Source of the DNA: Candidatus Marinacidobacterales bacterium
GTDB taxonomy: Bacteria; Acidobacteriota; Vicinamibacteria; Marinacidobacterales; SMYC01
Reading direction: 5' to 3'
DNA length: 64,000 nt
NCBI GenBank assembly: GCA_965224085.1
Contig: CBDCYI010000009.1
Span: forward strand, 640,001 to 704,000
The translations under genes and the position numbers were made by a program. The stretch's first letter is position 1. The number at the start of each line of letters is the position of its first letter. The notes beneath the pieces were generated by a model. The model had not been told where the DNA came from. It was given only the letters and a program-made list of their open reading frames with translations, and made no database searches. Shown here in pieces: positions 1-10,074 of the stretch.

Positions 1-1853
1 CCGAACGCTCGGCTAACCTCCGTGCGTTTATCGAGGGCGGCAAGAAGATCATCATCTCGACGGTGCAGAAGTTCCCGTTCATCCTCGACGAGATCGGAAA
101 CGAGCAACGGGGCCGGCGCTTCGCCATCATCATTGACGAGGCGCATTCGAGCCAGACCGGCAAGACCTCGGCAGCGGTCAGCGTGGCGCTCTCCGAGGCG
201 GGCGCTGCCGAGGATGATGAGACCACCGAGGACACGATCAACCGCATCATGGCTGCTCGGAGACTTCTCCCGAACGCGAGCTACTTCGCCTTCACCGCCA
301 CGCCCAAGAACAAGACGCTGGAGATCTTCGGCGAGGCGTACGACGCGGGCGGCCAGACCAGGCACCGCCCCTTCCACAGCTACACCATGAAGCAGGCGAC
401 CCAGGAGGGCTTCATCCTAGACGTGCTGCGGCACTACACGCCAGTCGAGAGCTACTACAAGCTCATCAAGAAGGTCGAGGAGGATCCCGAGTTCGACACC
501 AAGCGCGCCCGGAAGAAGCTGCGCCGCTACGTGGAGGGCCACGATTATGCCATCCGGCTCAAGGCCGAGATCATGGTGGACCACTTCCACGAACAGGTGC
601 TGGCGCTCAACAAGATCGGAGGCAAGGCTCGCGCGATGGTGGTGACGGGAGGCATCGAGCGCGCGATTCAGTATTACCACGCAATCCGGCAGTACCTTCT
701 GGAGCACAAGAGCCGGTATCAGGCCATCGTCGCCTTCTCAGGCGAGCACGAGTATGGCGGGGTGCAGGTCAGTGAGTCGTCCCTCAATGGCTTCCCGTCC
801 GGGCGGATCGCTGACAAGATCCAGCAGGACCCGTATCGGTTCCTCATTTGTGCCGACAAGTTTCAGACCGGGTACGACGAGCCACTGTTGCACACGATGT
901 ACGTGGACAAGATCTTGTCCGGGATCAAGGCGGTCCAGACGCTGTCGCGTCTCAATCGGGCGCACCCGCAGAAACACGACGCGTTCGTGCTCGATTTCAT
1001 GAACGATGCCGACACCATCCAGGAGGCGTTCGCTGACTACTACCGGACGACGGTCCTGAGCGAGGAGACCGATCCCAACAAGCTGCACGACCTCAAGGCC
1101 GCGCTCGATGGCTACCAGGTGTATGCCGACGCAGAGATCGACCAGCTCGTGACGCTCTACCTGGGTGGGGCCGACCGCGACCAGCTCGACCCCATCCTCG
1201 ACGCCTGCGTCGCGGTCTACAAGGAACGGCTCGACGAGGACGGGCAGGTGGACTTCAAGGGCAAGGCCAAGGCGTTCGAGCGCGCGTACGGCTTCCTCGC
1301 CTCAATCCTGCCGTACACGCACGCCGAGTGGGAGAAGCTCTCTATCTTCCTGAACTTCCTTGTGCCGAAGCTTTCCGCGCCTGTGGAAGAGGATCTGTCC
1401 AAAGGCATCCTTGAGTCCATCGACATGGACAGCTACCGGGTCGAGAAGAAGGCGGCGAGACACGTCCAACTGGCGGACGAGAACGCCGAGATCAAGCCGG
1501 TTCCGACTAACGGCGGCGGCCACAGGCCGGAACCCGAACTCGACCGCCTCTCGAACATCCTCAAGACCTTCAACGACCAGTTCGGGAACATTCCCTGGAC
1601 CGACGGCGACCGCGTCCACCGGCTCATCACGGAGGACATCCCGAACCGAGTGGCGGCCGACCGGGCCTACCAGAACGCCAAGCAGAACTCCGACAAGCAG
1701 AACGCGCGGATCGAGCACGACAAGGCGCTCCGGCGGGTGATGACGGCGCTGCTGCAGGACGACACGGAGTTGTTCAAGCAGTTCAGCGACAACGAGTCGT
1801 TCCGGCGGTGGCTGACGGACACGATCTTCTCGATCACCTACGAGGCTGCGTAG
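1..1853 (+). CDS. hsdR: Type I restriction enzyme R subunit, 5' part outside window
   Basis: SF2 helicase motifs IIIDEAHSSQ, FAFTATP, DKFQTGYDEP, QTLSRLNR; frame is open upstream of the called start at 63. Confidence 0.93.
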   Translation, partial: ERSANLRAFIEGGKKIIISTVQKFPFILDEIGNEQRGRRFAIIIDEAHSSQTGKTSAAVSVALSEAGAAEDDETTEDTINRIMAARRLLPNASYFAFTATPKNKTLEIFGEAYDAGGQTRHRPFHSYTMKQATQEGFILDVLRHYTPVESYYKLIKKVEEDPEFDTKRARKKLRRYVEGHDYAIRLKAEIMVDHFHEQVLALNKIGGKARAMVVTGGIERAIQYYHAIRQYLLEHKSRYQAIVAFSGEHEYGGVQVSESSLNGFPSGRIADKIQQDPYRFLICADKFQTGYDEPLLHTMYVDKILSGIKAVQTLSRLNRAHPQKHDAFVLDFMNDADTIQEAFADYYRTTVLSEETDPNKLHDLKAALDGYQVYADAEIDQLVTLYLGGADRDQLDPILDACVAVYKERLDEDGQVDFKGKAKAFERAYGFLASILPYTHAEWEKLSIFLNFLVPKLSAPVEEDLSKGILESIDMDSYRVEKKAARHVQLADENAEIKPVPTNGGGHRPEPELDRLSNILKTFNDQFGNIPWTDGDRVHRLITEDIPNRVAADRAYQNAKQNSDKQNARIEHDKALRRVMTALLQDDTELFKQFSDNESFRRWLTDTIFSITYEAA

Positions 1854-1939
1854 AGGGCTCGGGCTCCCGAGCTGGCTGACGAGGGAGGGCGCGAGTACCC
1901 GCTCAAGCATTGCCGGACCCTGATTGAGGCCGAATCCGA

Positions 1940-2260
1940 GGCAAGTAAGGACACCAAGGAGGCCCAAGCCCACCTGGACCAGAACGTGCTAGCCGGCTAC
2001 GCCACGGTAGCCCTGGCCTCGATGTTGGACCCCTCGGGTGACCTCTTTTCCGATGCCGTACGGCCCGGTCAGCGCCTGTTCTCCTACTTTGCGCAAACGT
2101 GGCACTCGAAAATCGCGATTAGAGACGAAACCCGAAAATGACGCCAGTTCAGCCCTTCCAGTGCGTCTCTGGTGCCACCTACCCCTGCAAAACCCCGCCA
2201 ACCGCGCGGAAAATCTCATCCGTCTCTGCAGTGCCACAATTTGCAAGACTGGGTGGCGGA
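1940..2260 (+). repeat. Integrative-element end, copy 1 (homologous to sequence abutting the tRNA-Ser 3' end)
   Basis: Aligns by eye with 29032-29354 (shared CACCTGGACCAGAACGTGCTAGCCGGCTACGCC, AAAACCCCGCCAACCGCGCGGAAAATC, GACTGGGTGGCGGA). Confidence 0.85.
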
Positions 2261-2444
2261 TGGCGCAGTCTGGAGCTATCCGGTCTCTGGGTTTATGGGC
2301 AGTTATGGGCAGTCTCTAAAAAGGGCAGAGTTTCAAGCCGGTCATCGACCCTCCACAGGCCGACGTCGAACTCGAAGTACTATTTGCACCATACGCTGAT
2401 CCGACTCGAAGCAGATCTGGCTCTAGAGTTTCCGTGCTGTCTGG

Positions 2445-2675
2445 TCCGCCACCAAGTCCGGCCAATTGCGGCACTGCAGAGACGGGCGGGATTTTCCACG
2501 CGGTTGGCGGGGTTTTGCAGGATTAAGTGGCACCAGAGACGCGCTAGAAGGGCTGAAAAGGCCTCATTTTCGGTTTTGGTCTCTAATCGCTATTTTCGAG
2601 TGCCACGTTTGCGCCCAAATAGGAGAACGGGCGCTGACAGGGCCGTGCCGCGTCGGAAAAGAGGCCGCCCGAGGG
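2445..2675 (-). repeat. Integrative-element end, copy 2 (inverted, cut by IS110)
   Basis: Reverse complement aligns with ~2031-2260 and ~29125-29354, ending in TGGTGGCGGA. Confidence 0.85.
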
Positions 2676-4043
2676 TACTTTCGACTGACACTCCCGGCCG
2701 AAGGCATTTTTCATGATATGGATTGATCGGGAACGAGGCTGAAGCCGAGTCGGGTAGCTTTGCGTCGGAGATTACTCAGGAGGCGTTGCTGGTATTGCCT
2801 TTCATAGGCGTCCTGACCGAGCTCAATGAACTCCTCTCCAGTCGCAAGCATGCGGAAGTAGATGGTCGCTATTTTACGGGCGGTAGCTGTGATGGCCTTT
2901 GGAGCACCTCGTCGCGATCGGATTCGTCGATAGAAAGCGCCGAGCGCGGTTTGGGTATTGCGGACAGCGCACGCGGCGAGGCGAAAGAGTTTTGCAGCAC
3001 GACTGGAGCTCATTGGGGTGGCCCGGCGAAAGATTCGACCAGCGGACTCCTTATTATTCGGTGCGAGAGCTAGCCATGAGGTGAAGTGCTTGTCACTTTT
3101 CCACGGGCTCATGTCGCAACCGGTTTCTCCTACGAGCTGCAGAACGGCATAGCTACCTAAGCCGGGAACCCTGGTTAGGTCCACCCCCGTGAGTCCCAAT
3201 AGAGACTCAGCGAGCGGAAAGCGCGGCCCGTTGCCGCTACGCGCTCGCCGTGTCCGTGGTTTCGGCTTAGGCCGAGCGTCCTGAGGCCGGGTCTCCAATT
3301 TGGACAGGCATCTCTCGATCCGCTTGTCACAGTCTTCCATTTTCTCTTGATAGAAATCGTACAACTCCACCGACTGTTGAAGAGCGAAAACATGCTCGCT
3401 CCGATAGTTACCTTCTAAGGCTTTCGCGATCGTGGCCTCATCGTTGTGGCAACGTTCATGCCTCAGTTTTGCTAGGTCACGAGGATCTCGCTCTCCTCTC
3501 AAGATCGCTCGGATGATCGCAAGGCCGGTGACTCCGGTCACGTCGCGCAGGACGTGTTGTAGCTGGAGCCCCATTTGGTTGAGCGCTTTGTGCATATGCT
3601 GAATGTGGCGAGCCGCTGACTCCACCAGCGAGCTTCGTTGGCGGGTGTATGCCCTTAGCTCGCAAATCGCCGATTCCGGCCGAAAGGTTTTTGGGAGTAG
3701 CCCGAATGTATGCAGCTGTTGCAGCCACTCCGCATCCGACACGTCTGACTTGCGCCCAGATACGTTTTTCACTTTGCGAGCATCGACCAGATAGACTTCA
3801 AATCCCTCGTCTTCCAACAACTCGTACAGTGGAATCCAATAAACTCCGGTCGACTCCATCGCCACCGTGCACACGCCGCACGCCTTCAGCCAATTGGCCA
3901 GCTCTCGCAGCGAGCATACAAAGCTCTGAAACGTGCGGACATGTTCGCCCTCAGGAGTGCGCCCCTTCGGGACTGCCGCCACGATTGACTCCGCTCCAAT
4001 ATCAATCCCTGCAGCATCTAGATTTACCGTGTCGAGCTCGTGC
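2674..4043 (-). mobile_element. IS110-family element copy A (ORF 2711-3982); left end and N-terminus removed at the IS5 boundary
   Basis: DEDD motifs GIDIG, MESTG, KSDVSDA; near-identical to 8263-9617; frame reads HELDTVNLDAAGID up to the IS5 IR at 4044. Confidence 0.92.
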
Positions 4044-5130
4044 GGCGTTGTTGCACCGCTCTTGGCTGAGCGCGAAATCTACCTATGGTGGTGGCCGAGG
4101 TAATGTTCGACCATGAAGTATCCCAAGCGCAGCCAGTACAAGCACGCGAAGCAGAAGAAGTACCACGTTTCCAACTGGGCGGAATACAACGAAGGGCTGC
4201 GCCGCCGGGGCGATTTGACGGTCTGGTTTGACGAGGAGGCAATCGCGAACTGGAAGGCCGACAAGAGCGGTAAGCCTGGCGGTCAACGGGTCTATTCAGA
4301 GATGGCGATTGAAACGGGCCTGGTTGTCCGGATGGTGTACAAGCTTGCCTACCGCCAAACCGAAGGCTTCTTGCACTCGATCGCCTCGCTTCTCCGGCTG
4401 TGTATCGAGATCCCGGACTACTCGACGTTGTGTCGGCGGTCGAGGCTGCTCCGCAAGAAGCTGCGGATTCGGAAAGCCGCAAGCAATCAACCAATCCACC
4501 TGATGATCGATAGCACGGGCTTGAGGATTCATGTTGGAACCACCCGCAAACCGCCAAAGCAGCGCGCCTGGCGCAAGTTGCACATCGCCGTTGATCGCAA
4601 GACCGGCAACATTGTTGCGTCCGAACTGACGGCGTCACGAGCTCGCGACGCAACGCGAGTCCCCCCTTTGCTAACACAGATTCAAGCACCTATAGCGTCG
4701 GTGGCGGCGGACAGTGCATACGACAAGGAAGCGGTCTACGAAGCCATCGAAGCGCACAGTCCTGGACGAAGGACGCGCGTGGTGATTCCGCCGCAACGAA
4801 ACGCCACGCTCAGTCAGAATTCGAACACCGCCATGCGGGAACGCGACCGCCATATTCGTGCAATCGAAAGACACGGCCGACGTGAATGGTACAAGCTCTC
4901 AGGCTGCACCGAGCGAAGCATGGTGGAGAACGCGGTCTATCGTTACAAGGCGATCATGGGGCCCGAGATGCGGGCTCGAACGTTGGCGAGGCAACGAGTT
5001 GAACACCGAATTGGGTGCGAGATACTCAACAAGATGACCGCGCTCGGCATGCCCGATACTTACTGCGCCGGGTGACTCTCCGACCGGCACAGGGAGGTCA
5101 GCGATTTGCTCCGGGCCGTGCAACAACGCC
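4044..5130 (+). mobile_element. IS5-family (IS903-like) element, complete; transposase 4113-5075
   Basis: 13-bp terminal IR GGCGTTGTTGCAC / GTGCAACAACGCC; NWAEYNEGLRRRG, IDSTGL, WRKLH, ADSAYD motifs; no target duplication. Confidence 0.95.
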
Positions 5131-5345
5131 ACGACGATGTGAAGTCCAGGCTACGCGTACGTGCGGCGGGTAACGGCCGTTCCATGGAAGAGGAGGCGCG
5201 CTTGATCCTCCGGGATGCGGTCGAACGCAGGCCGAGTTCCAATAACCTCGCAGACATCATCCGCGCGCACTTCGGGCCATCCAAGGGCGTGGATCTGGAG
5301 TTGCCACCGCGCGATGCGGGCCGAGAGCCACCGTCCTTCGATTGA
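5131..5345 (+). pseudogene. FitA-like (Arc/RHH) antitoxin lacking its N-terminus
   Basis: DDVKSRLRVRAAGNGRSMEEEARLIL starts directly at the IS5 right IR; lies upstream of a PIN toxin. Confidence 0.8.
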
Positions 5346-5355
5346 GGGAACGACC

Positions 5356-5778
5356 ATGTTTCTCCTGGATACCAACGTCGTATCCGAGTTGATGCGTACG
5401 TCGCCGGACTCCGCAGTCGAGGCATGGATTGCCGGCCACCCCGTCAAGGACCTGTTCTTCTCGGCGATTGGCGAATCCGAACTGCGCTATGGAGCCGCGA
5501 TCATGCCGGTAGGCCAGCGCCGTGAAACGCTCGTCTCTGATATCGAGACGATGCTGCACGCTGCCTTCGAAAACCGCATATCGCCGTTCGACAGCGGGGC
5601 GGCGCGTGCTTATGCGAATATCGCCGCCAAGCGCCGGGGCGCAGGACGTGCCGTCGCTCCGGCGGACTGCCAGATCGCAGCGATTGCCCGGGCACGCGGC
5701 ATGGCGGTGGCGACGCGCGACGTTCGAGACTTCGAGGATATGGGGGTCGAACTCTTCAATCAATGGGACGGCGCATGA
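5356..5778 (+). CDS. vapC: PIN-domain toxin VapC/FitB
   Basis: MFLLDTNVVSE...DCQIAAIA...ATRD; RBS GAGGG. Confidence 0.9.
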   Translation: MFLLDTNVVSELMRTSPDSAVEAWIAGHPVKDLFFSAIGESELRYGAAIMPVGQRRETLVSDIETMLHAAFENRISPFDSGAARAYANIAAKRRGAGRAVAPADCQIAAIARARGMAVATRDVRDFEDMGVELFNQWDGA

Positions 5779-5981
5779 GCAGAACGACGGAAGCGTTTTC
5801 CCGCGTCAAAATCGACGCTCAAAAGCAGGAATTGCTGGCGAAACTTGAAGTGATGCAAAAAGAATTCAAAGCCGCCAAAAAATATGCGGTGAAGAAAAAG
5901 CTGGGGAACGAGATCGCCCTGACCATGGCGAGGCTGCGGGAGATCATCGAGAACCCACACGGGCCGCTCGGCATAGGTTGA
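5775..5981 (+). pseudogene. N-terminal stub of a second hsdR-like gene fused to unrelated sequence
   Basis: MSRTTEAFSRVKIDAQ resembles EcoAI-type HsdR starts; ATGA overlap with vapC; composition shifts after ~5822. Confidence 0.5.
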
Positions 5982-6360
5982 ACTGTTGTTGGTCCAGCTC
6001 AATTTGACAGTACCGTTCGGAGGCTCTTCAGCAAAAAGTCGATCCAGCGGTACGCGATCTTCTTTTTTGCGGATCACAACTAAGCTGCTGATTTATGATC
6101 TATTTCAAAAAGGCCGAGTTTTGGCACAGGACGGGGCCTGCTTACAAGTTTTTGGAATCGCGGGTCTTGAGTTCGTTTATGTTTTTGGACACCACGGGAT
6201 TGGAAACATGCCGACCTTCTCCGGCTGAACCAAGGTAAGATTGTCAGTGCCGTAACCGACGAGGAGGTCGGAGTCTACAACTTGGTCCATACTCCCTATC
6301 GGCCGGCGTAGCCTTAGAGAGCTCCCCCTGAGAGTCTGAAATCAAGGAAGGTCCCACCCG

Positions 6361-7746
6361 GTGGCAAGGAAGAAGATCGATGCAGAGATCATGAAGCTCG
6401 GCCCAGACCACATCATGAAGTGGCTCGACCGTCTCTACGATCTCGTGGTGGAGGACAGTCCCATCCTAGAGTCGGCACAGGATATCGGGAACCACTACGC
6501 AGCGGGCACGGGCTCCCTGGAAGAGCGTGCCCGTCGATTGATTCGATGGCAGGTCACGAAGGCTGGCACGTCTGGATTTCTATCGGGACTCGGGGGCGTG
6601 ATCACGATGCTGGTTGCGATTCCGGCCAACATTGCGAGTGTCATGTACGTTCAGATTCGCATGATTGCGGCGGTCGCACATCTAGGGGGGCACGATATTC
6701 GGAACGACCAAGTTCGGACTCTGTGCTACGCCTGCATGTGTGGAAAGGCGGCGGGGGATGTCGTCAAAGGCGCCGGCATCAGTCTCGGCACCAAACTCAC
6801 CGAGCAGGCCATCAAGAAAGTCGCCGGCAAGACGCTCAAGAACATCAACAAGAAGGTGGGCTTTCGTCTCGTTACCAAGTTTGGGGAGAAAGGCATCATC
6901 AACTTGGGCAAGATGGTCCCGATCGCTGGAGGTGTCGTAGGTGGATCTCTCGACGCTTCCAGCACCTACGTCATCGGGAAGATCGCCTGCACGACTTTTG
7001 TCGGAACCGGAGCGGATCCTAAACGATATGAACGATTTATTCTTACTCCAGAACAAGTAAGAGATCCTAATGTTGGACCTTCTCCAGCTGAAATAAATAG
7101 AAAAGCAATAGAAATTGCAGCTAGAGCTAGAGATATCCCGGAACCGCCGCATGGCGACTATGTTAACGGCAAGGGCTACGGTGATGTTGGCGATGGCACC
7201 GCGAGCACGAGGCGAGTAGGCGGGGCCACTCCCACTAAAAACACGAAAGAGAGCATTCAAGCGGTCCTACACGAAGCAGCCGAGCGTCTCGGGGCGAAAG
7301 AATTCCTTGAGGAGGTGGCAAGCTTCATAGAGGCTCGAATGCCCAGCTACCGATGGCCCCATGAGACTGGCTACTACTCCTTCACCCTGCACGAGCGGAG
7401 CGAGGGAAAGCCCACGGCGCGACGACGTTACGCAACCCTCTACCTCGACTTAAAACAGCCCGGCTCTCTGCTCCTCACTCTGACGCCGAGGGCAGTAGAA
7501 GTTGCATGCGATGATGCCGTAAACGAGTTCTGTACAGATGTGCCAGCGGCTTTCAGGAACCAGAAAAGTCAGAAAAGCTACAGCGCCATAGTTGTCGGTA
7601 TGTCCAGAGACGAATGGACAACGATGTTGAAGCCTCTCGGGCAGCTGCTTTCAGCGATAGTCGATGGTTGGAAGCGAAGCGCGGCCGACGACAAGAAAAA
7701 TGTACCCTCTGATGCTGACTCCCGCTCTCGCAACAATAATGACTAG
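6361..7746 (+). CDS. EcsC-family protein with AT-rich linker and C-terminal domain of unknown function
   Basis: SGFLSGLGG...QIRMIAAVAHLGGHD...KFGEKGIINLGKMVPIAGG is typical of EcsC; RBS AAGGAAGG. Confidence 0.75.
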   Translation: MARKKIDAEIMKLGPDHIMKWLDRLYDLVVEDSPILESAQDIGNHYAAGTGSLEERARRLIRWQVTKAGTSGFLSGLGGVITMLVAIPANIASVMYVQIRMIAAVAHLGGHDIRNDQVRTLCYACMCGKAAGDVVKGAGISLGTKLTEQAIKKVAGKTLKNINKKVGFRLVTKFGEKGIINLGKMVPIAGGVVGGSLDASSTYVIGKIACTTFVGTGADPKRYERFILTPEQVRDPNVGPSPAEINRKAIEIAARARDIPEPPHGDYVNGKGYGDVGDGTASTRRVGGATPTKNTKESIQAVLHEAAERLGAKEFLEEVASFIEARMPSYRWPHETGYYSFTLHERSEGKPTARRRYATLYLDLKQPGSLLLTLTPRAVEVACDDAVNEFCTDVPAAFRNQKSQKSYSAIVVGMSRDEWTTMLKPLGQLLSAIVDGWKRSAADDKKNVPSDADSRSRNNND

Positions 7747-7995
7747 TCCCTAGCTGGCACTTCCATTGAGCCCCTCATACGCCCTGCTAGATGATCGAAT
7801 ATGTGCTGAAGCGTTCAACGCGAAACTTGCGTCTGATAGCCCTTACCGAATCGAGATTGAGGCTGTGATCCCGGAGCCTTTCGTCGGTGCGGTCAAGACT
7901 GCTCCGGTGGTCGTTCTCCAGCTCAACCCTGGTTTCGGTCCTAAGGACGCCGCGTCGCATGCAGATCCGGAGTTTCGTACCCGTCTGGTCAAAAT
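7739..7995 (+). pseudogene. UDG-superfamily-like hypothetical protein; premature TAG and 3' truncation
   Basis: ATG 7739 gives MTSP*LALPLSPSYALLDD...PEPFVG...VVLQLNPG; the TAG sits where TGG is expected. Confidence 0.5.
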
Positions 7996-8055
7996 GCTCG
8001 GACGCCCAACGGGTCAGCAGGTTACACCTTTCCAGGATCGACGCCGACATCGAAG

Positions 8056-8262
8056 ATCGGGAAGCCGCATGAGTATTTTGACCTCACGAGTACGTCGTCT
8101 ACCATCACCACGAGAGGAATCATCAAGGCAAGGAGAATCTGCTGCTGTTCCCAGCCAGCGACCAGTTACCTCAGTCCGAGCGCAAGGTGCGCTCCCGTGA
8201 ACGGCTTGGCGGGCTGCTACGTTTCTACCATCGGGAAGCCGCATGAGTATTTTGACCTCACG
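8056..8262 (+). mobile_element. 3' remnant of integrase-core (rve) transposase with its right end duplicated
   Basis: 8088-8246 translates EYVVYHHHERNHQG...RERLGGLLRFYHREAA*; 33-bp direct repeat at 8056-8088 and 8230-8262. Confidence 0.75.
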
Positions 8263-9617
8263 GGTAAATCTAGATGCTGCAGGGATTGATATTGGAGCGG
8301 AGTCAATCGTGGCGGCAGTCCCGAAGGGGCGCACTCCTGAGGGCGAACATGTCCGCACGTTTCAGAGCTTTGTATGCTCGCTGCGAGAGCTGGCCAATTG
8401 GCTGAAGGCGTGCGGCGTGTGCACGGTGGCGATGGAGTCGACCGGAGTTTATTGGATTCCACTGTACGAGTTGTTGGAAGACGAGGGATTTGAAGTCTAT
8501 CTGGTCGATGCTCGCAAAGTGAAAAACGTATCTGGGCGCAAGTCAGACGTGTCGGATGCGGAGTGGCTGCAACAGCTGCATACATTCGGGCTACTCCCAA
8601 AAACCTTTCGGCCGGAATCGGCGATTTGCGAGCTAAGGGCATACACCCGCCAACGAAGCTCGCTGGTGGAGTCAGCGGCTCGCCACATTCAGCATATGCA
8701 CAAAGCGCTCAACCAAATGGGGCTCCAGCTACAACACGTCCTGCGCGACGTGACCGGAGTCACCGGCCTTGCGATCATCCGAGCGATCTTGAGAGGAGAG
8801 CGAGATCCTCGTGACCTAGCAAAACTGAGGCATGAACGTTGCCACAACGATGAGGCCACGATCGCGAAAGCCTTAGAAGGTAACTATCGGAGCGAGCATG
8901 TTTTCGCTCTTCAACAGTCGGTGGAGTTGTACGATTTCTATCAAGAGAAAATGGAAGACTGTGACAAGCGGATCGAGAGATGCCTGTCCAAATTGGAGAC
9001 CCGGCCTCAGGACGCTCGGCCTAAGCCGAAACCACGGACACGGCGAGCGCGTAGCGGCAACGGGCCGCGCTTTCCGCTCGCTGAGTCTCTATTGGGACTC
9101 ACGGGGGTGGACCTAACCAGGGTTCCCGGCTTAGGTAGCTATGCCGTTCTGCAGCTCGTAGGAGAAACCGGTTGCGACATGAGCCCGTGGAAAAGTGACA
9201 AGCACTTCACCTCATGGCTAGCTCTCGCACCGAATAATAAGGAGTCCGCTGGTCGAATCTTTCGCCGGGCCACCCCAATGAGCTCCAGTCGTGCTGCAAA
9301 ACTCTTTCGCCTCGCCGCGTGCGCTGTCCGCAATACCCAAACCGCGCTCGGCGCTTTCTATCGACGAATCCGATCGCGACGAGGTGCTCCAAAGGCCATC
9401 ACAGCTACCGCCCGTAAAATAGCGACCATCTACTTCCGCATGCTTGCGACTGGAGAGGAGTTCATTGAGCTCGGTCAGGACGCTTATGAAAGGCAATACC
9501 AGCAACGCCTCCTGAGTAATCTCCGACGCAAAGCTACCCGACTCGGCTTCAGCCTCGTTCCCGATCAATCCATATCATGAAAAATGCCTTCGGCCGGGAG
9601 TGTCAGTCGAAAGTACC
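8243..9617 (+). mobile_element. IS110-family element copy B (ORF 8243-9580); native left end replaced
   Basis: Near-identical inverted copy of 2674-4028; shared right end ...GTCAGTCGAAAGTACC. Confidence 0.92.
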
Positions 9618-9620
9618 TTC

Positions 9621-10058
9621 CTAGCCGTTCTTCGAACGCACGCGGGGTCGCTCAACTTGGATGCGACGACCGCCGAAGCTCAGCTCGCCCGTCGTACGGC
9701 CCCACCGGTAGTGCGTTCGATCCTCTCGATGCTTGCCCCTCTTGCCGGCGAGCACTTCCGCTTCGCCAAGCAAGAGTGTGTTCAGTGCTTCGAGTCCTTG
9801 CTCATGGAGCCAACTCGTCAACTCCAACCTCGTCGACGCGATCCCGGCCATCATCGGCATGAGCATCTGGCGCAGATGCTCCACCACCCCCGGTTCCGAG
9901 CTTCCTCTCCCTTGATTCCTGACCTTCTTTGGTTTCTTATTCATCAGCGGCTCCTTGTCCCCCTGCGGAGACGGTTGTTTTTTTTGGGCAGACCTATTTT
10001 CAGGCCGGCCAAGGAGCCGCTGCTACTTCAAATTTTCAACATGGGCTGGGACATCCCC
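9621..10058 (-). pseudogene. IS256-family transposase N-terminal fragment (9621-9944) and probable terminus
   Basis: LAGKRGKH...YRWG...GGRRIQVERPRVRS; cut by the IS110 right end; GGGACATCCCC at 10048-10058. Confidence 0.7.
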
Positions 10059-10074
10059 AATGAGAGGGCCTGCA

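Noticed and set aside
7002-7146. CGGAACCG repeat as a clean target-site duplication
   Set aside because: The 137-bp spacing is not a multiple of three and the repeats do not coincide exactly with the AT-rich block; kept only as possible microhomology
8056-8262. 33-bp direct repeat as a mini-CRISPR or IS110 bridge RNA
   Set aside because: Only two copies; the intervening DNA translates as an rve transposase C-terminus; no cas genes
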